Source: Macrostomum lignano (lineage: Eukaryota). Taken from it: a stretch of 64,000 nucleotides of DNA. How positions within the stretch are numbered: position 1 is the stretch's first letter; the number at the start of each line of letters is the position of its first letter. Made by a program: the position numbers and the translations under genes. Location of the stretch: assembly GCA_002269645.1 (NCBI GenBank), contig NIVC01001695.1:1-64000 (forward strand), read 5' to 3'. Shown piece after piece: positions 22,841 through 38,122 of this stretch. Under the pieces are notes generated by a model. That model was not told the DNA's origin and ran no database searches. It worked only from the letters and a program-made list of their open reading frames with translations.

Positions 22841-23772
22841 CTATCGGTTTTCTTAATCTAACGTCGCTCCCTATTCAAGCCTAAATTTGCAAATCCGGTC
22901 GATTTCAATGGATTCGCAGCATTTTATTGCAATTAATAATTCAAAGCGCTGAATTGCCCAGAAAACGGAGAGAATTAGCAATTGTTGAGTAGGCGGGGAT
23001 CGGGCCAGAGCTGGCGGGAGGCTTTCATTTGCCCCTGAATTTCGGCTGAATAGCAGTCCCAATCCTGCTGTCCTCGCAGTTTCAATTCCATGGCACGCCT
23101 CAATGGGTGATTCGCTACGCGTACTCCAACCGTTAAGCTTATTGCTCGCCTGCATGAATGCATGCCGTTTGGATGCATTCGCATGCTTGTACGTTGAATA
23201 GAATGGGTCAACAGCTACTATAGCGACTCTATAGTACTCCTTTCTAGCGCAGCTCTGATGAACAGAAACCTGCTAAACATTATCCAATTACAGAAACTGA
23301 ACTCAAATTGTTCCGAGGAAGTATGGGAAAACTTTTATGGATTCTAGATACATGGTATGTGCGATTCCGGTAGCTTATTGCAATTTTTCTCTACTTTAAA
23401 ACAGGGTTTCATTTTGCTCATTAAGAAATAAATGCACTACTACTTTTCTTTAAGTAGTAGGTGGAGATATTTATATATATATTTAACTGTTCATGATTCA
23501 TGTTTCTAGCTTGTAATGGTCCGTTTGACCATTTGACGTCTCTGGACCCTCACTAGATGTACATGTAGAACAATGTGTAACATGTAGAACAAACAGCTGT
23601 ACATGTATATTATTCCGACTCATTGTCAAGCTTTTTTGAGCAAACACCCAATAAAGTAAATGCTTTAATCGAATCAATAACATTAGTAGACTGTTCGATG
23701 CAGCCGCGACTGCTAGTGGTAATAAGTAAATGTCCATTGATTCTCGTCACTTTATTGATCTTAGGAACTTTA

Positions 23773-24990
23773 CTAGCAATCTAGTGCGGCCCCCCTTCGG
23801 GGCGCCCAATAAGAAAGGATCAAAAATAGTTCATGGAAAACAATTAAAAAAGCACATTTTCTTAAGAACCTATTCCTTTTTCACTTTAAAAAATCACCCT
23901 ATTCGTGTAAAATTGTCACGGACAAAGATGTTTGCTATGAGTCCCTTTTCTCTAAAATTAACAAACAGACAACAAAATATACGAGCGTAGCTCCCCCTAA
24001 ATAGAAAATATTCTCAAGACAGCAAGCATCTCCCCAGATAGCAAGCACCCCCTCCAAAAGTAAGCAACCGCAGATAGCAAGCATCCCCTAATGCTCATAG
24101 GCATCACCCCAGATAGCAAGCATCTGCAGACAGCAAGCATCCCCCAGATAGCAAGCATCCACGCAGATAACAAGCATCCACCTAGATAGCAAGCATCCAC
24201 CCAGATAGCAAGCATCTGCAGACAGCAAGCATCCCCCAGATAGAAGCATCCATCCAGATCGCAAGCATCCTGCAGATAGCAAGCACCCCCAGATATTATA
24301 AAAGCATCCTGCAGATAGCAAGCACCCCCAGATATTATAAAAGCATCCTGCAGATAGCAAGCACCCCCAGATATTATAAAAGCATTCTGCAGATAGCAAG
24401 CACCCCCAGATATTATAGAAGCATCCACCCAGATAGCAAGCACCCTAGATAGTATAAAAGCATCCACCCAGATATATAGCAAGCATCCTGCTGCAGATAG
24501 CAAGCATCCCCCAGATATTGTTGTACTCGTAGCATCCACCCAGATAGCAAGCATCCTGCAGATAGCAAGCACCCCCCAGATATTATAGAAGCATCCTGCA
24601 GATAGCAAGCACCCCCCAGATATTATAGAAGCATCCTGCAGATAGCAAGCACCCCCCCCCAGATATTATAGAAGCATCCTGCAGATAGCAAGCACCCCCC
24701 AGATATTATAGAAGCATCCACCCAGATAGCAAGCATCCTGTAGATAGCAAGAATCCCTAAATAGCAAGCGTCCCTGGATAGAAAGAATCCCATACATGTA
24801 GCCAGTACCCCCCCCCCCCAAATAGCAAGTTACCCCCCTCGAGAGCAAGCATCCACCAGATAGCAAGCATCCACTGCACCACTGCCAGCCCCACAAAGAA
24901 TAGAACAAGAAACGGGACAAAGAACTTGTGAATACAGAAGGGAGACACAACGCCGTCCCGTTTATTTAGAAAAAAAACACTATAAAAAGA
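23773..24990 (-). mobile_element. Non-autonomous Helitron-like element with internal GATAGCAAGCA minisatellite
   Basis: Minus-strand 3' end has GC hairpin GCCCCGAAGGGGGGC then CTAG|T (23776-23773); internal array 24020-24870; possible A|TC 5' end near 24990 (uncertain). Homologous to both flanks of the Polinton. Confidence 0.6.
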
Positions 24991-25489
24991 TATTAGTCTG
25001 ATATTGAAAGGGAGAAAGGCAATAAGGAAGCGTTTTTAAGGAAGCGCATGAAGCAGACAGGTGAGGTACACAAACGCTGTGCCGCGGCGAACCCAGCTGA
25101 ACTCTAGCTGCTGACTTGCCAGCTATTAAAAACTTTTTCCCCGATAAGCTATGATGTTTAGTATTAGTTAGTTAGCTCTGTAATAACTAGCTAATAGCAT
25201 GATCCGACCCGTTTGTTATCAAAGCATAAATATTTATTTTGATTGAGCAACAACAATATTTTTAGCGCGGGTTTAAAATTACAACAATAAACACCAAATA
25301 AGTAATAGGGTAGGCCTAGGGTTCATTCGTTAAAGAAAAGTGCTTTCTTCTACTGCCACCTCTTTCTTATTCTCTGTCTCTGTCTTATTCTTTCATTTAA
25401 TTATTATATTCTAAGGCTTTTGCACTTCGCATTGCGTCGCAAAAATATTGTGTAAAAATCTGCTTATTGTAGGATTAAGGATAAGACAG

Positions 25490-25666
25490 CACGGGCGGAC
25501 CCAGGATTTTATCGAGGGGGGGGGGCAAGTCTCACGTCTGGTCAGGCCAGAGCTGCAATTAGGGTACCATGATACCAATACAGCATGATACCAATACATC
25601 TGAGGATTATTTTGGCAGAGCTGAGGGGGGGCCATGGCCCCCTTGGCCCCCCTCGGTCCGCCCCTG
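25490..25666. mobile_element. 177-bp hAT-type MITE
   Basis: TIRs CACGGGCGGACC / GGTCCGCCCCTG (11/12 match) flanked by 8-bp direct repeat TAAGACAG (25482-25489, 25667-25674). Confidence 0.7.
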
Positions 25667-27222
25667 TAAGACAGCTTAAAGTAAAGCTTCCAATTCCAGG
25701 CCTATTTGTCGCATTCTCAATTAACAATCTAATCTCTTATTCAATTCATTGCAAGCAATTCGCCAATTTCATGTGCATAACTATTTAGACATTATTAATT
25801 ATTATTCATTTAGACATACTATCCATACATGACCATGTCCCATTTATGCTTTTCTAAAGGCATATCATCATTCATCTAATGATATGATAATGGGCAAATG
25901 TATAGGCTAATGCCTGTTAGTGTTTTATAGAATAGACTGTCTTAGTATTAATTATTCAATTGATTATTAGATTGGCCTACCAGAATAAATTTACTAATTT
26001 CTAATAATTTTTTATTATTTAGCTTTTTGGGTTTTAGGCCTTACTTTTTGTGTGACTTTCAAAATCACATCTTCAAAATAGATCTTGGATACAATAAAGA
26101 CCTTTTGTTTTTTCCATTGTTAAGTTCTACATATTATATTGTAAAAAGTAAAAGTAAAACAAAGTTTAAAATCTAGGAATTGTGTTATAATGTATTAACT
26201 TTTTCATTATTATCTTGTTGATATTTATATATATATTTAAAGTTTTAATTATACTACATAAATAAAAACATTTAACTTTTTTGAAATGAAAAATGTTTGT
26301 ACAAATTACCTATACCCCCCCCCTAGTTGTCTGGTATGCAATACATAGCCTGGCATAAGTTGGCATAAATGAGGATCAGTTTTCCTCTGGCATAACTCTA
26401 AGCATAAAATGGGCTATGGTGAATGCTAGAAAATTCTGGCATATAAGACACCTTCCTGACTATGTATGGCCTTGGATATGATTTTGCATATTAGTGCCAA
26501 CAAAAAACCCAGCTTAGCTAGGCTAAGCTAGTTAGTTAAAATATATTTATTATTAGGCTTAGGCCTAGCAATAGGCCTAATAATAGTAGGGCCAAGGATT
26601 GGATAAGATCTCAATCTTGATCTTGGTTTTAGATCTAAAAAAGTTAAGATTTAGGACTACAAAGACAAAAATTATACATGACCTAGCCTATAACTTTATT
26701 AGCCTTATATATATATAAGATAGGCCTAAGCCTAGGCTTTAAAACAAACTAGACCAAATCTAAAACTGCCTTCAATATTATTTATTAGGCTTAATACCAA
26801 TGCAATGTTACCTCCCCTCCAAGAACCAAGATAGGGCAGAAAAGAAATGCTTATTTTGGAATGGATGTCACCTCTGGCAAGGCCACATTATGATTGAGCC
26901 ACCCAATTAGGCAGCTCAATAGGATTATGCACAACCCAAGAAATGCCACTAGTAATAGTAGTCCAAAAACAGTCAAAGACAATTTTAGTCAATAAGAAGA
27001 GAAATATAAAAACAAGCTAAAGTCCCTAGCCTTCTAATCCTATTCTGCATGCTATAAAGTGGTCAGTTTTGTTGTTATATACTTGAGTGTCAATAGTTTC
27101 CTACCATGCAGTCTTATTTTACCATATCAACTTTGCACCTATTCCTGTCTGAATTCAGACTTGCCAAAGACCAATAGAGAGGCAAGTTATTGAACTCATT
27201 AATAACAGTTAGTAGGAATTAG

Positions 27223-29043
<1,821 letters not shown>

Positions 29044-29664
29044 CGGCCACGCCAGCCAAGGCAGTGCCTGGACAGGGCTTGGACTCTGGGACAGAAACTG
29101 AGGCAGGGTGTTTAGCAACCATTGTGCTGCATAGATTTTCACTTTTATCTAATCCCCACGGCTCATTGGGATAACCACTCTATTTCATGGAAAAAATAAC
29201 CTATTTAATTCCCTACAGATCGGTCCCCGATTTCTTAGAAAATTTTAGTTAAAGTTCATCGCGGGGTTTTCGCCCAGTCCCCCAAACCAACCCTCTGTTG
29301 TTTGGCCTGCTGGCAAAATCAATTTATATTCTGTACAATGGGATCAATGATGTCATCATTTTCATTCTGAATGCGTCAGCTCTTTTGTCAGGTGTTTTTG
29401 CTCTGTTTTTATTTATTTGTATCAATAATATATATTATTTATCTAGTATTGAATTGAAACAAATTTCACTGTAATTATTTCCTGTTCAGTTTTTATTGTC
29501 AGGAGTACAGTGTTGAAATATTGGTATTTCCACTATGGAGGGCGAAGAGGTGTGCCTTTGTCCCTGCCAGTCGTGTCTTGACACTGAACAATGGGTTGAA
29601 AATACCTATAGGCTTCCTTAATACTGGTTTGTTCCTTGCGGCTGATTGTTTTCCTCTAGATCTC

Positions 29665-29840
29665 CCATCATCCGCCCCTGTACCCTATCATCCGCCCCTG
29701 TACCCCATTATCCGCCCCTGTACCCCATCATCCGCCCCTGTACCCCAATCCGCCCCTGTACCCCATTATCCGCCCCTGTACCCCATCATCCGCCCCTGTA
29801 CCCCATCATCCGCCATTGTACCCCATCATCCGCCCCTGAT
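29665..29840. repeat. Tandem repeat of CATCCGCCCCTGTACCCC
   Basis: Direct reading; contains TCCGCCCCTG, identical to the MITE terminus at 25657-25666. Confidence 0.8.
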
Positions 29841-32448
29841 CATCATCCCGTCAATGGCCTTCAAAACTTACAGTTATCAGTGTCAGTGTCAGGTCGATCT
29901 GATAATACGAGTACGCAGTTAGCTCGAATTCAAGGCAACTCTGATATCAAGCTTTCATCTTATAAACCAATACGCGTTAAATGTTTTTTTCCTATTTAAT
30001 GCTCCACCATTGTTTGAAGATATTCTCACGCTTCAGGTGTGACACGATATAACATGTAGAGAGAAAAACGCGCTTTCAATTGTGTGTCTATTTTATCATA
30101 TTACTGCAGCGCTGCATGTAAGTAGCAGCAGCCAGTTTTGTGTTGTATTTTTTTCTCGTATTTTTTCCTAACCAACAAACTGATTTGGCACCAACACAGA
30201 TGCTAGAATAACTAGATAATTTCACTCACAATTGAACTTGTTAAAAAGTAAGGAACTACTCGTTTTTCAGTAGTTTGTCTGCGCATTGTCACTTAAAGCT
30301 AATGGGGCAGCTAAAATTTCCTTTCCTTACTCGGATCCGGTGTTTGTGGCCTCAGGAGCATATATATGGGGTTAAGAATGAGCAATATGCACTTAACTCA
30401 ATGTACACAATTGAACGCAGGATAGACGAAACCCAGCCTAGGGGGGAGGGGGGGCACAGGCCCAATCTAGCTCAGCCAATGAGAGAGTAGTATGAAAATA
30501 GTGCAGGCTCAATCTAGCTTATCCAATGAAAAAGCAGTAAGGAGAGAGACAGACGGAAGAAACTCAGCCTTGGGGCCAGACTCAATCTGGCTCAGCCAAT
30601 GAGAAAGCAGTAAGGAGAGAGGTCAAAGTCAGACGGACGAAACTCAGCCTTGGGGGGCAGGCCCAATCTGGCTCAACCAATGAGAGAGCAGTAAGGAGAG
30701 AGGTCAGAGTCAGGCACAAGCGGGCAAGAGGAAAGCCAAACTGTTTATCGGCCTGGCTTAGGGGCTGGGACGCCACCCCTTTTCTGTCTTGCTCTGGATT
30801 TAGGTGCAGCTTCAAGCAGGGTGGTGATGCTAACTTTGAGTCTGCTTGTAGAAAGACTGGGGAGGCGATTGCTGCATCTTCAAAAACTGTAAATCTTGTA
30901 AAAAATTAATTTTACTAACATTAAGGCGAAAACACTAATTTTACTACTGAAATAGAGTAGATCAGCGCATATTTTTGCGAGTGTCATATCTTAGTTAATC
31001 TAGCATTTGTGGGCACAACTGGCGCAATTTGAAACTGCTGAACAGCTCCAGCCGAACCCGCCTTGCGCAGGTTCTCCCCGCTTTGCACCTCCCCGTGTTA
31101 TTTTAGCCCGCTTGCTTTTCTAGTTAAAACTGCTGGCCGTTGTCGCTTTGAAGTTTTGAAAAATAAAATAACACAGACTGCTTGTGCATCCGTGACCCGT
31201 TTCGTATAGTGACTGCAAATTACTTTTCTTTAATTTGATGTTATTCGACCAGCCTAAATTAATATATGCTCGTGCGTGTTTAACCTGCTTGAGTGATAAA
31301 TAGCTGCAGTACCTGTAACTTGGTTGCATTGGTTTATAAAAAAATACATAAAACTCAATGCAAAAACTGAAACTTTTTCTAAGAAATCCAAGCCGCCACC
31401 ATGTTGAGTTTGTGCACATATGACCGATATAATAAAATTTATTGCTGCACGGAGAAATTCGTATCTTGTTGCTTTTTTGTTTTTGGTGAAAATGGGAAGG
31501 AATATTGAGGGTCCTTTCCCACCAGCAACACATTTTAAAAAATCAGAATGCACCGAAGAGATCGAAGAATTCCGAGTTTATGACGATAGCTATTCTTCAA
31601 CCTATATCAGGGATTGGCAAACTTTTGACCTCAAGGGCCAGATGAGATAGAAAGAAGATACGATGGGAAGAGAATTGATAGATAACATGAGATGAAAGGA
31701 AGGAGAGAAGTGATGAGTGAGGAGAGGAGAGAAGATGGGAGAGAGGAGGTGAGAGCTGAGAAGAGACAAACCTTGGAGCGGGCCAGATTGCCATTGTGAA
31801 GTTGCGCCAAGTAGCCGACATTACATAAATACATGGATGATCATGTGGCTGACGCTAACCATGGATGGAACATCCATGGCGCCATCTATGGACATGGATG
31901 TGGCCATGCATGATCAGGAATGATTCATCCATGGGATCATAGATGACGTATCCATGATCGTGGCCTATGGTGATGCCTCTCGCCGGTTGTGGTGTGCTGC
32001 CAAGATTAAATTATTAATAAAAACTAAGCAAATAAAAGCAGGACCCATGAAGTCAGCCAAACAAGGACTTGCAGCTAAAGCTTATATAAAGGTAATAAAT
32101 AATTCCCTTACAATTTACGGTTTTGGATTTGCTCCAATTGCTGCAGCCAGCCATGCATCTCGGGACAGAGCACTCCGCTACTACCGGAGTTTGTTTTAAT
32201 CCGTAAATTTCACTGTGGTGCTCCGGCATCGCCTTGTGCATCTGCAGTTTCTAAGATGGTGTTTCTGAAAGGGGTCCTGTAGCCTATACTTGTGTACATG
32301 TATAGTAGTGTGTAGAGTTACAATTGCATGCAGTGTATCGTCTTCTGAGTATTTAATTATTGATCAGCCAGTGTTCGCAATTACCATGCATATAGAGAGT
32401 GATCTCACTTGAGTTTTATGTGCACAATAAAAATAGGTTGAGCAGACT

Positions 32449-32720
32449 TTGGAGGATGCAAGTATATATACCGTCGGGGTAACTGACGAGTACTCAAGGA
32501 AAGCTCACTGCACAGAGACAATGAATGCCAGCAATGTTGACCCCGCGCAGGTGAGGAACCGCTTTGAGATGGGCTCGGAGCTCGAGGCTCCGTCCGGCGG
32601 TGAGCCCGACACTCTGGAGGAGGCATCCGAGGACGCCAAAGGGGACAGCAGGACTCGCTTGGATGCTGCGCAAGCTGACTACAGTCAGTGAAGTACAGGA
32701 AAGAAATAAAGCAGAAGGAC

Positions 32721-32794
<74 letters not shown>

Positions 32795-35180
32795 TGGTAC
32801 GAGAACAGGTACATACACGCACATTTGAGTGTTTCTTAAAATTGGTGACCGACTCTCCTGCAGCCGACAGGTGTCTATCATCCGCCATCGCCAACCTGCC
32901 GGGGGGCTCGGTACTGGCGCTGGGGCTGCTGTGCGGCGGCATCATCCTGCTCGTCACCGGCTTCTTTCTCACCCGGCAAGAGCTGGGCACCTATGTCCGG
33001 CAGCACCAGCAGCCTAAAAGTGACGTCACATTCGACGAAATGTGAGGCGGCGACTTTTGTAAAGATGTACCGAACTTGCTTTGTCCTGAGCTGACCGCTA
33101 ATTTAGACCAATTTACTCAGCTTGCGCTTGCGAGTATTTTTGTATTGAGACAGATGTACATCCATGCACCACCCCACTCCACACCCACTTCACTTCATAC
33201 TTACCTCATTTCACACCCACCTCACTCCATATTCACCTCACTCAACACTTACCTCACTTCACACCCACCTCACTCCACACCCACCTCCCTCCATACCCAC
33301 CTCACTCCACACCCACCTCACTCCACACCCACCTCACTCCACACCCACCTCACTCCACACCCACCTCACTCCACACCACGCCTCACTCCACATCCACCTT
33401 ACACTGCACACCCACCTCACTCCACACCCACCTTACACTGCACACCCACCTCACTCCACACCCACCTTACACTGCACACCCACCTCACTCCATACCCACC
33501 TCACTCCACACCCCGCCTCACTCCACACCCCGCCTCACTCCACACTCCGCCTCACTCCACACTCCGCCTCACTCCACACCCACCTTACACTGCACACACC
33601 TCACTTCACTCCCACCTTACACTGCACACCCACCTCACTCCATACCCACCTCACTCCACACCCGCCTCACTCCTCCCACAGGTTCCCTAGCCTCCTGTAC
33701 TGGATCGCGGGCCTGGCGGCGGGATTGTTAGCCTACGGCCTGTTGCACTGCATTGTCAACGTGTTGGTCACCGTCCGAGTCAACCGTTGCAATCGGTCGA
33801 GCCGCAAATCGCCCTCAGTGGAAACCGGATGCAGCATTAGAACGGCAGTTTTTGTTGTACGACATTGCGTGAATTTAGAACTCTTTGCTTCCTTTGTCGA
33901 GCTATTTTACAACTACGCTCATATCGTCAATTGCAGATCACACTGACAGACAGTCTGATTATAGCTGCCACCGGCTTGATGGCTTGTGCTGCCTTTCTGC
34001 CGCTTTATGCCCAGGCCATGTTCGCCGCTAAATTGGCCCACGGCGAGTCTGAGTTCGACCTGCGGCACTATCTGCCCACCCGGAAGAATTCCGGAGCGGG
34101 ACGGGTTTTGGAAAGTCCTGAGTCAACTGGCAGCAGTGCGACAGCGTCGGTGGGTTTTTTATCTAACATACAGCCACCTCACTTCGCAACACCCACCTCA
34201 CTCCGCAACAACCACCTCACTCCGCAACACCTAACTCACTCTGCAACACCCACCTCACTCCGCAACACCTAACTCACTCCGCAACACCCACCTCACTCCG
34301 CAACACCTAACTCACTCCGCAACACCCACCTCACTCCGCAACACCTAACTCACTCCGCAACACCCACCTCACTCCGCAACACCCACCTCACTCCGCAACA
34401 CCCAACTCACTCCGCAACACCTAACTCACTCCGCAACACCCACCTCACTCCGCAACACCCACCTCACTCCGCAACACCTAACTCACTCCGCAACACCCAC
34501 CTCACTCCGCAACACCCACCTCACTCCGCAACACCCAACTCACTCCGCAACACCTAACTCACTCCGCAACACCCACCTCACTCCGCAACACCCACCTCAC
34601 TCCGCAACACCCACCTCACTCCGCAACACCCACCTCACTCCGCAACACCCACCTCACTCTGCAACACCCACCTCACTCCACAACAACCCATCTTTCGACA
34701 CATTGTCAGCTCTCTACGGAATCCCAACATATTTAATTTATCAAAAATACGTTGATGAAAACTTCAACTTCAAAATTTCAGTCATTTCCAATGTTCTACC
34801 CATCGCTAGCCCTGTTCATCGGTGTCTGTCTAATTGAAATCAGCCTGGTGAGTTGCGAGAAAAATATGCCAAAGTTTCAATTTCTAAGTTCAAAGTGGTC
34901 ATCTAAAGTGGCCGATTAAAAATTTGAAAACTGAGGTACTCGTAAATATAGGCGTGTGTTTGCTCTTCGGCCATTTTTTATTGTCTTACAAAATATCAGA
35001 ACCGATTATATATTTACAGTCTACTAAATCTAGCTACTATAAAATCCGCAGATGATGTCGCTAATTTTCCTGGCCAGCAGCTTCGCCCAGCTGGCCAGCT
35101 CGATTCGGACTCGGCGAGTTCAAAGCTCCAGCAAGTTATCGAAGAACGGCGGTCGGGGCACTCTGGACACGCAGCTGTGA
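32449..35180 (+). CDS. Four-TM myelin proteolipid (PLP/DM20/M6)-like protein, multi-exon, limits approximate
   Basis: IANLPGGSVLALGLLCGGIILL, LLYWIAGLAAGLLAYGLL, LIIAATGLMACAAFLPLY and LALFIGVCLIEISL-MMSLIFLASSF resemble TM1-TM4 of GPM6/PLP; GT-AG bounded; stop at 35178-35180. Confidence 0.55.
33170..34685. repeat. Two intronic C-rich ~19-bp minisatellites (CACCCACCTCACTCC..): 33170-33670 and 34180-34685
   Basis: Direct reading. Confidence 0.9.
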
Positions 35181-35347
35181 AATTGTTCAGTGCTGGGAAT
35201 TCAGTGCGAAATTTGATACAAGTGCCGGGTGTTTTTGATATTTACTGTACACATGTAACAGCTAACAGCATCAAATAAATTTTTGTGTGCCCTCAAAAGT
35301 TCAATCAAAGTCCAGAAAAAGACTTCAAAGAGAAACGTTTTTTGCTT

Positions 35348-36022
35348 TCAGAAGAAAGTCTTTTTATTCCGCGAGGCATTGGTTGGCTGCATGTAGCCAG
35401 GCAGCTTAGCTGAGCAGGGCTGATGAAGCAGCTGCTGCTGGAGCTGCTGCTGCTGCTGCTGCTGCGGCTGCTGCTCGTTCGGCTTCTCATTGCCAGCGGC
35501 ACCGATGTCGGACGAAGCCGAGGCGCAGCAGGCCTGGCAGCCGCTCAGCAGGGCTGCGATGGCGTCGGTGTCCTGGCGCTGCTGCAGGCTGAGCCGCTTC
35601 TCCGACCTTCGGCGCTGCAGCTCGTGGTACCAGCTGGCCACCTTCTCCTGCTCCTGAGCCGCCGCTGACCCCGCCGCCGCATCGGTGACGTCCGTCGACG
35701 ATCCGTCGGCCTCCGAAGCCGCGTTCTGAAGCCGGCGATGCTGCAGCAACTGGTGGTGCTGACGCAGCCTTGTCGGGCCCTTCCAGGACGTGGCTCGGTT
35801 GAAAACTCGCGGCGGCTTGGTCGGCGACTGTGACGGCAGCTGCTGCTGCGACGAGGCCAGGGTTGGCAGGGAGCCGCTGCTGTTGTCATTAGCAACCGCA
35901 TCCTGGCCCGTTGTTAAGGACTCTTGACGCCGCCGTCTGAGCTGCACGGAGTCGATCTGGTGGTTCGCCCGTTCCAGGCGTCTACGAAGCTCGGTGCTCA
36001 GCGCTAGCGGAGAGTCGTCCAT
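35348..36022 (-). CDS. Uncharacterised low-complexity (polyQ, coiled-coil) host protein
   Basis: 224-aa GC-rich ORF with host-like composition; no family recognised. Confidence 0.5.
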   Translation of the reverse strand: MDDSPLALSTELRRRLERANHQIDSVQLRRRRQESLTTGQDAVANDNSSGSLPTLASSQQQLPSQSPTKPPRVFNRATSWKGPTRLRQHHQLLQHRRLQNAASEADGSSTDVTDAAAGSAAAQEQEKVASWYHELQRRRSEKRLSLQQRQDTDAIAALLSGCQACCASASSDIGAAGNEKPNEQQPQQQQQQQLQQQLLHQPCSAKLPGYMQPTNASRNKKTFF

Positions 36023-36719
36023 TGTGCCACAGCCCTGCCGCAGGCGGAGCGCCGGCTGCTTCTATTTATAGCATGCGCAGATCTAATTAGCATAATGAGG
36101 CAAAGGCCCTCAGTTGCTCTTGGACTTGAAGTGCTGCTGCTCTGGCATATCGAGAGTGGACTTCCGTTTCCTCCATGCCCGAAGGTGGCCAGGCATGGGG
36201 TGGAGAATCGAGGCCTGTCTGGGGAGCCGGGCAGCCTCCGCTGATGATGCAGCAGTTTAATGCCTTAATTTGCATCTAGAACCTGCCCGAGCGACTTAAT
36301 TAGCTTGTTATTTGTTGCTCACATGCGACGGTGCGAGTACGGCTCCAGTGCGTTCTGGGGACTGAGCGACTTAATGAGCTGCCTGTGAGGCCGGGGTCGC
36401 TTGTCTGCGTTTTGACTCGCCTCTCGTATGCTGACTGACCATGGGCCCCGTGTCTGCGGATGAATTTCTGCTTGCAGCTGACAGCTGCTGACCCAGCAAC
36501 AAATCAATTTGCCAGCGAGCTGTCAACAGTTCCAGGCTTGGATGCACTGGATAGACAGTTAAATATTCATAGCTGGTGTTGATTTTTACCACAGAATGAA
36601 AATAGGAATGCTACTCTCGTACAGGCACTTTCAGTAAAAACATCTGATAGAATCAGCTCAGTTTGACCAAGAATCACGTGGTGGGCTGCAGGAGCATTCT
36701 TATCATTCTTGACGTCATT

Positions 36720-36926
36720 TTTGCTATCTGGGGGGAGGGTACTTGCTATTGGGAGGGGGGGGGTGGTGATTGCTATCGGTGAGATGCATGATATCGGGGG
36801 ATGCTTGATATCAGGGGGTGGGGTTGCTATCTGGGGGTGCTTGCTTTTGGGGGGATGCTTGCTATCTGAAGGATGCTTTTTTAGGGGGAATGCCTGCTAT
36901 CTTTGTGAAGGCTTTATTTTGTTGTG
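36720..36926 (+). mobile_element. 5' part of a Helitron-like element interrupted by the Polinton
   Basis: TGCTTGCTATCTGGGG units are the reverse complement of the 24020-24870 array. Confidence 0.6.
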
Positions 36927-37256
36927 AGTAGTAGGTATTTGTACGCTTCTAGCCGTAGACAAACTATTTAAAACAGCATTTTTTAGGCTTAGAGGGGGGA
37001 CACGGGGAAAAAAAACACATTTAACACCCATCCAACACCCCCAACACTCCCAATAATCAAAAACACTATTAACACATCCAATCAAATCCCCGTGTCCCCC
37101 CTCTAAGCCTTAAAATGCTGTTTTAAATAGTTTGTCTACGGCTAGAAGCGTACAAATACCTACAAATACACACAAACACACACAAACACACACAAACACT
37201 CTATAACCCGTCGCACGCGCCGCAGGCGCGAAGGGTCTTTTTCTGTTACTAAAAAT
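36927..37256 (+). repeat. Left terminal inverted repeat
   Basis: Reverse complement of 54684-55016 with a few mismatches and indels. Confidence 0.95.
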
Positions 37257-37569
37257 GAACCGAGTTTACAACTTTTCAGTAAGCGATACTTTTGAGACCG
37301 TTGCTAAAAATGCAGAGATAATAAAACAGCACATATTGAATGGAATAATTGATGAAGTTTATTTAAAATACGACGACAAGCACGAACTAAAACTTTATTC
37401 TTTAGAGTTAGATGGTTTGTATGATTTAGAACAAGAGGGTGAGTTAATATTTCAACTTGGAGATTATTTAAATTCCGAGGATTGGGAGGTTAGGTCAACA
37501 GATTCCGAATCAACAAATAGTTCTTATGAAACTAGCGATTCAGATAATCAAAGTGAAATTTTTATGTAA
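37255..37569 (+). CDS. Polinton hypothetical acidic protein (104 aa)
   Basis: ORF with TAAAAATG start context; no family recognised. Confidence 0.6.
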   Translation: MNRVYNFSVSDTFETVAKNAEIIKQHILNGIIDEVYLKYDDKHELKLYSLELDGLYDLEQEGELIFQLGDYLNSEDWEVRSTDSESTNSSYETSDSDNQSEIFM

Positions 37570-37712
37570 AAAATGGAACAATATTCAATGCGCTTGATTC
37601 AATAAAAAAATTAATAAAGGATAAAATAGGAGAATTAGATTATATATGGGATAATGGGGAGCAAACTCTTCTTCTAGCACAATGTTTAAATTGTGAAAAA
37701 ATAAACTAGAAA

Positions 37713-38120
37713 ATGATCACCGATTATTCCAACGGGTTTGTAAACGATTGCACCAACGGTTCAATACCAACGGGAGCATCTTTTTTATCTGATAAAGCCA
37801 AAGATAATAAAGTAAAATATGATAAGCATCCAAATGAAAAAAGCATTGGTACAAATACTATAATTGCTATTATTATACTAATCTTACTTAGTTGGATTAT
37901 TTTTCCCGCTTTATTTTTATCTAAAAAATTGAATATCACGGGAATACCATATAATGAAAAAAATATAACATCCGCAATATTATCCATAGTTATATCAAGC
38001 ACATTATTATTATTAATTCCACTAATTTTATTTTTTAGTATAATATCAGCCGTGCTTTATGCTAAATGTTGTGAACGAAAACAAGAACTCCCCGACTCAT
38101 TAGAGGCATTTAAAGTATAA
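37713..38120 (+). CDS. Polinton hypothetical membrane protein (135 aa)
   Basis: Two long hydrophobic stretches (IIAIIILILLSWIIFPALF; AILSIVISSTLLLLIPLILFFSIISAVL). Confidence 0.65.
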   Translation: MITDYSNGFVNDCTNGSIPTGASFLSDKAKDNKVKYDKHPNEKSIGTNTIIAIIILILLSWIIFPALFLSKKLNITGIPYNEKNITSAILSIVISSTLLLLIPLILFFSIISAVLYAKCCERKQELPDSLEAFKV

Positions 38121-38122
38121 AA

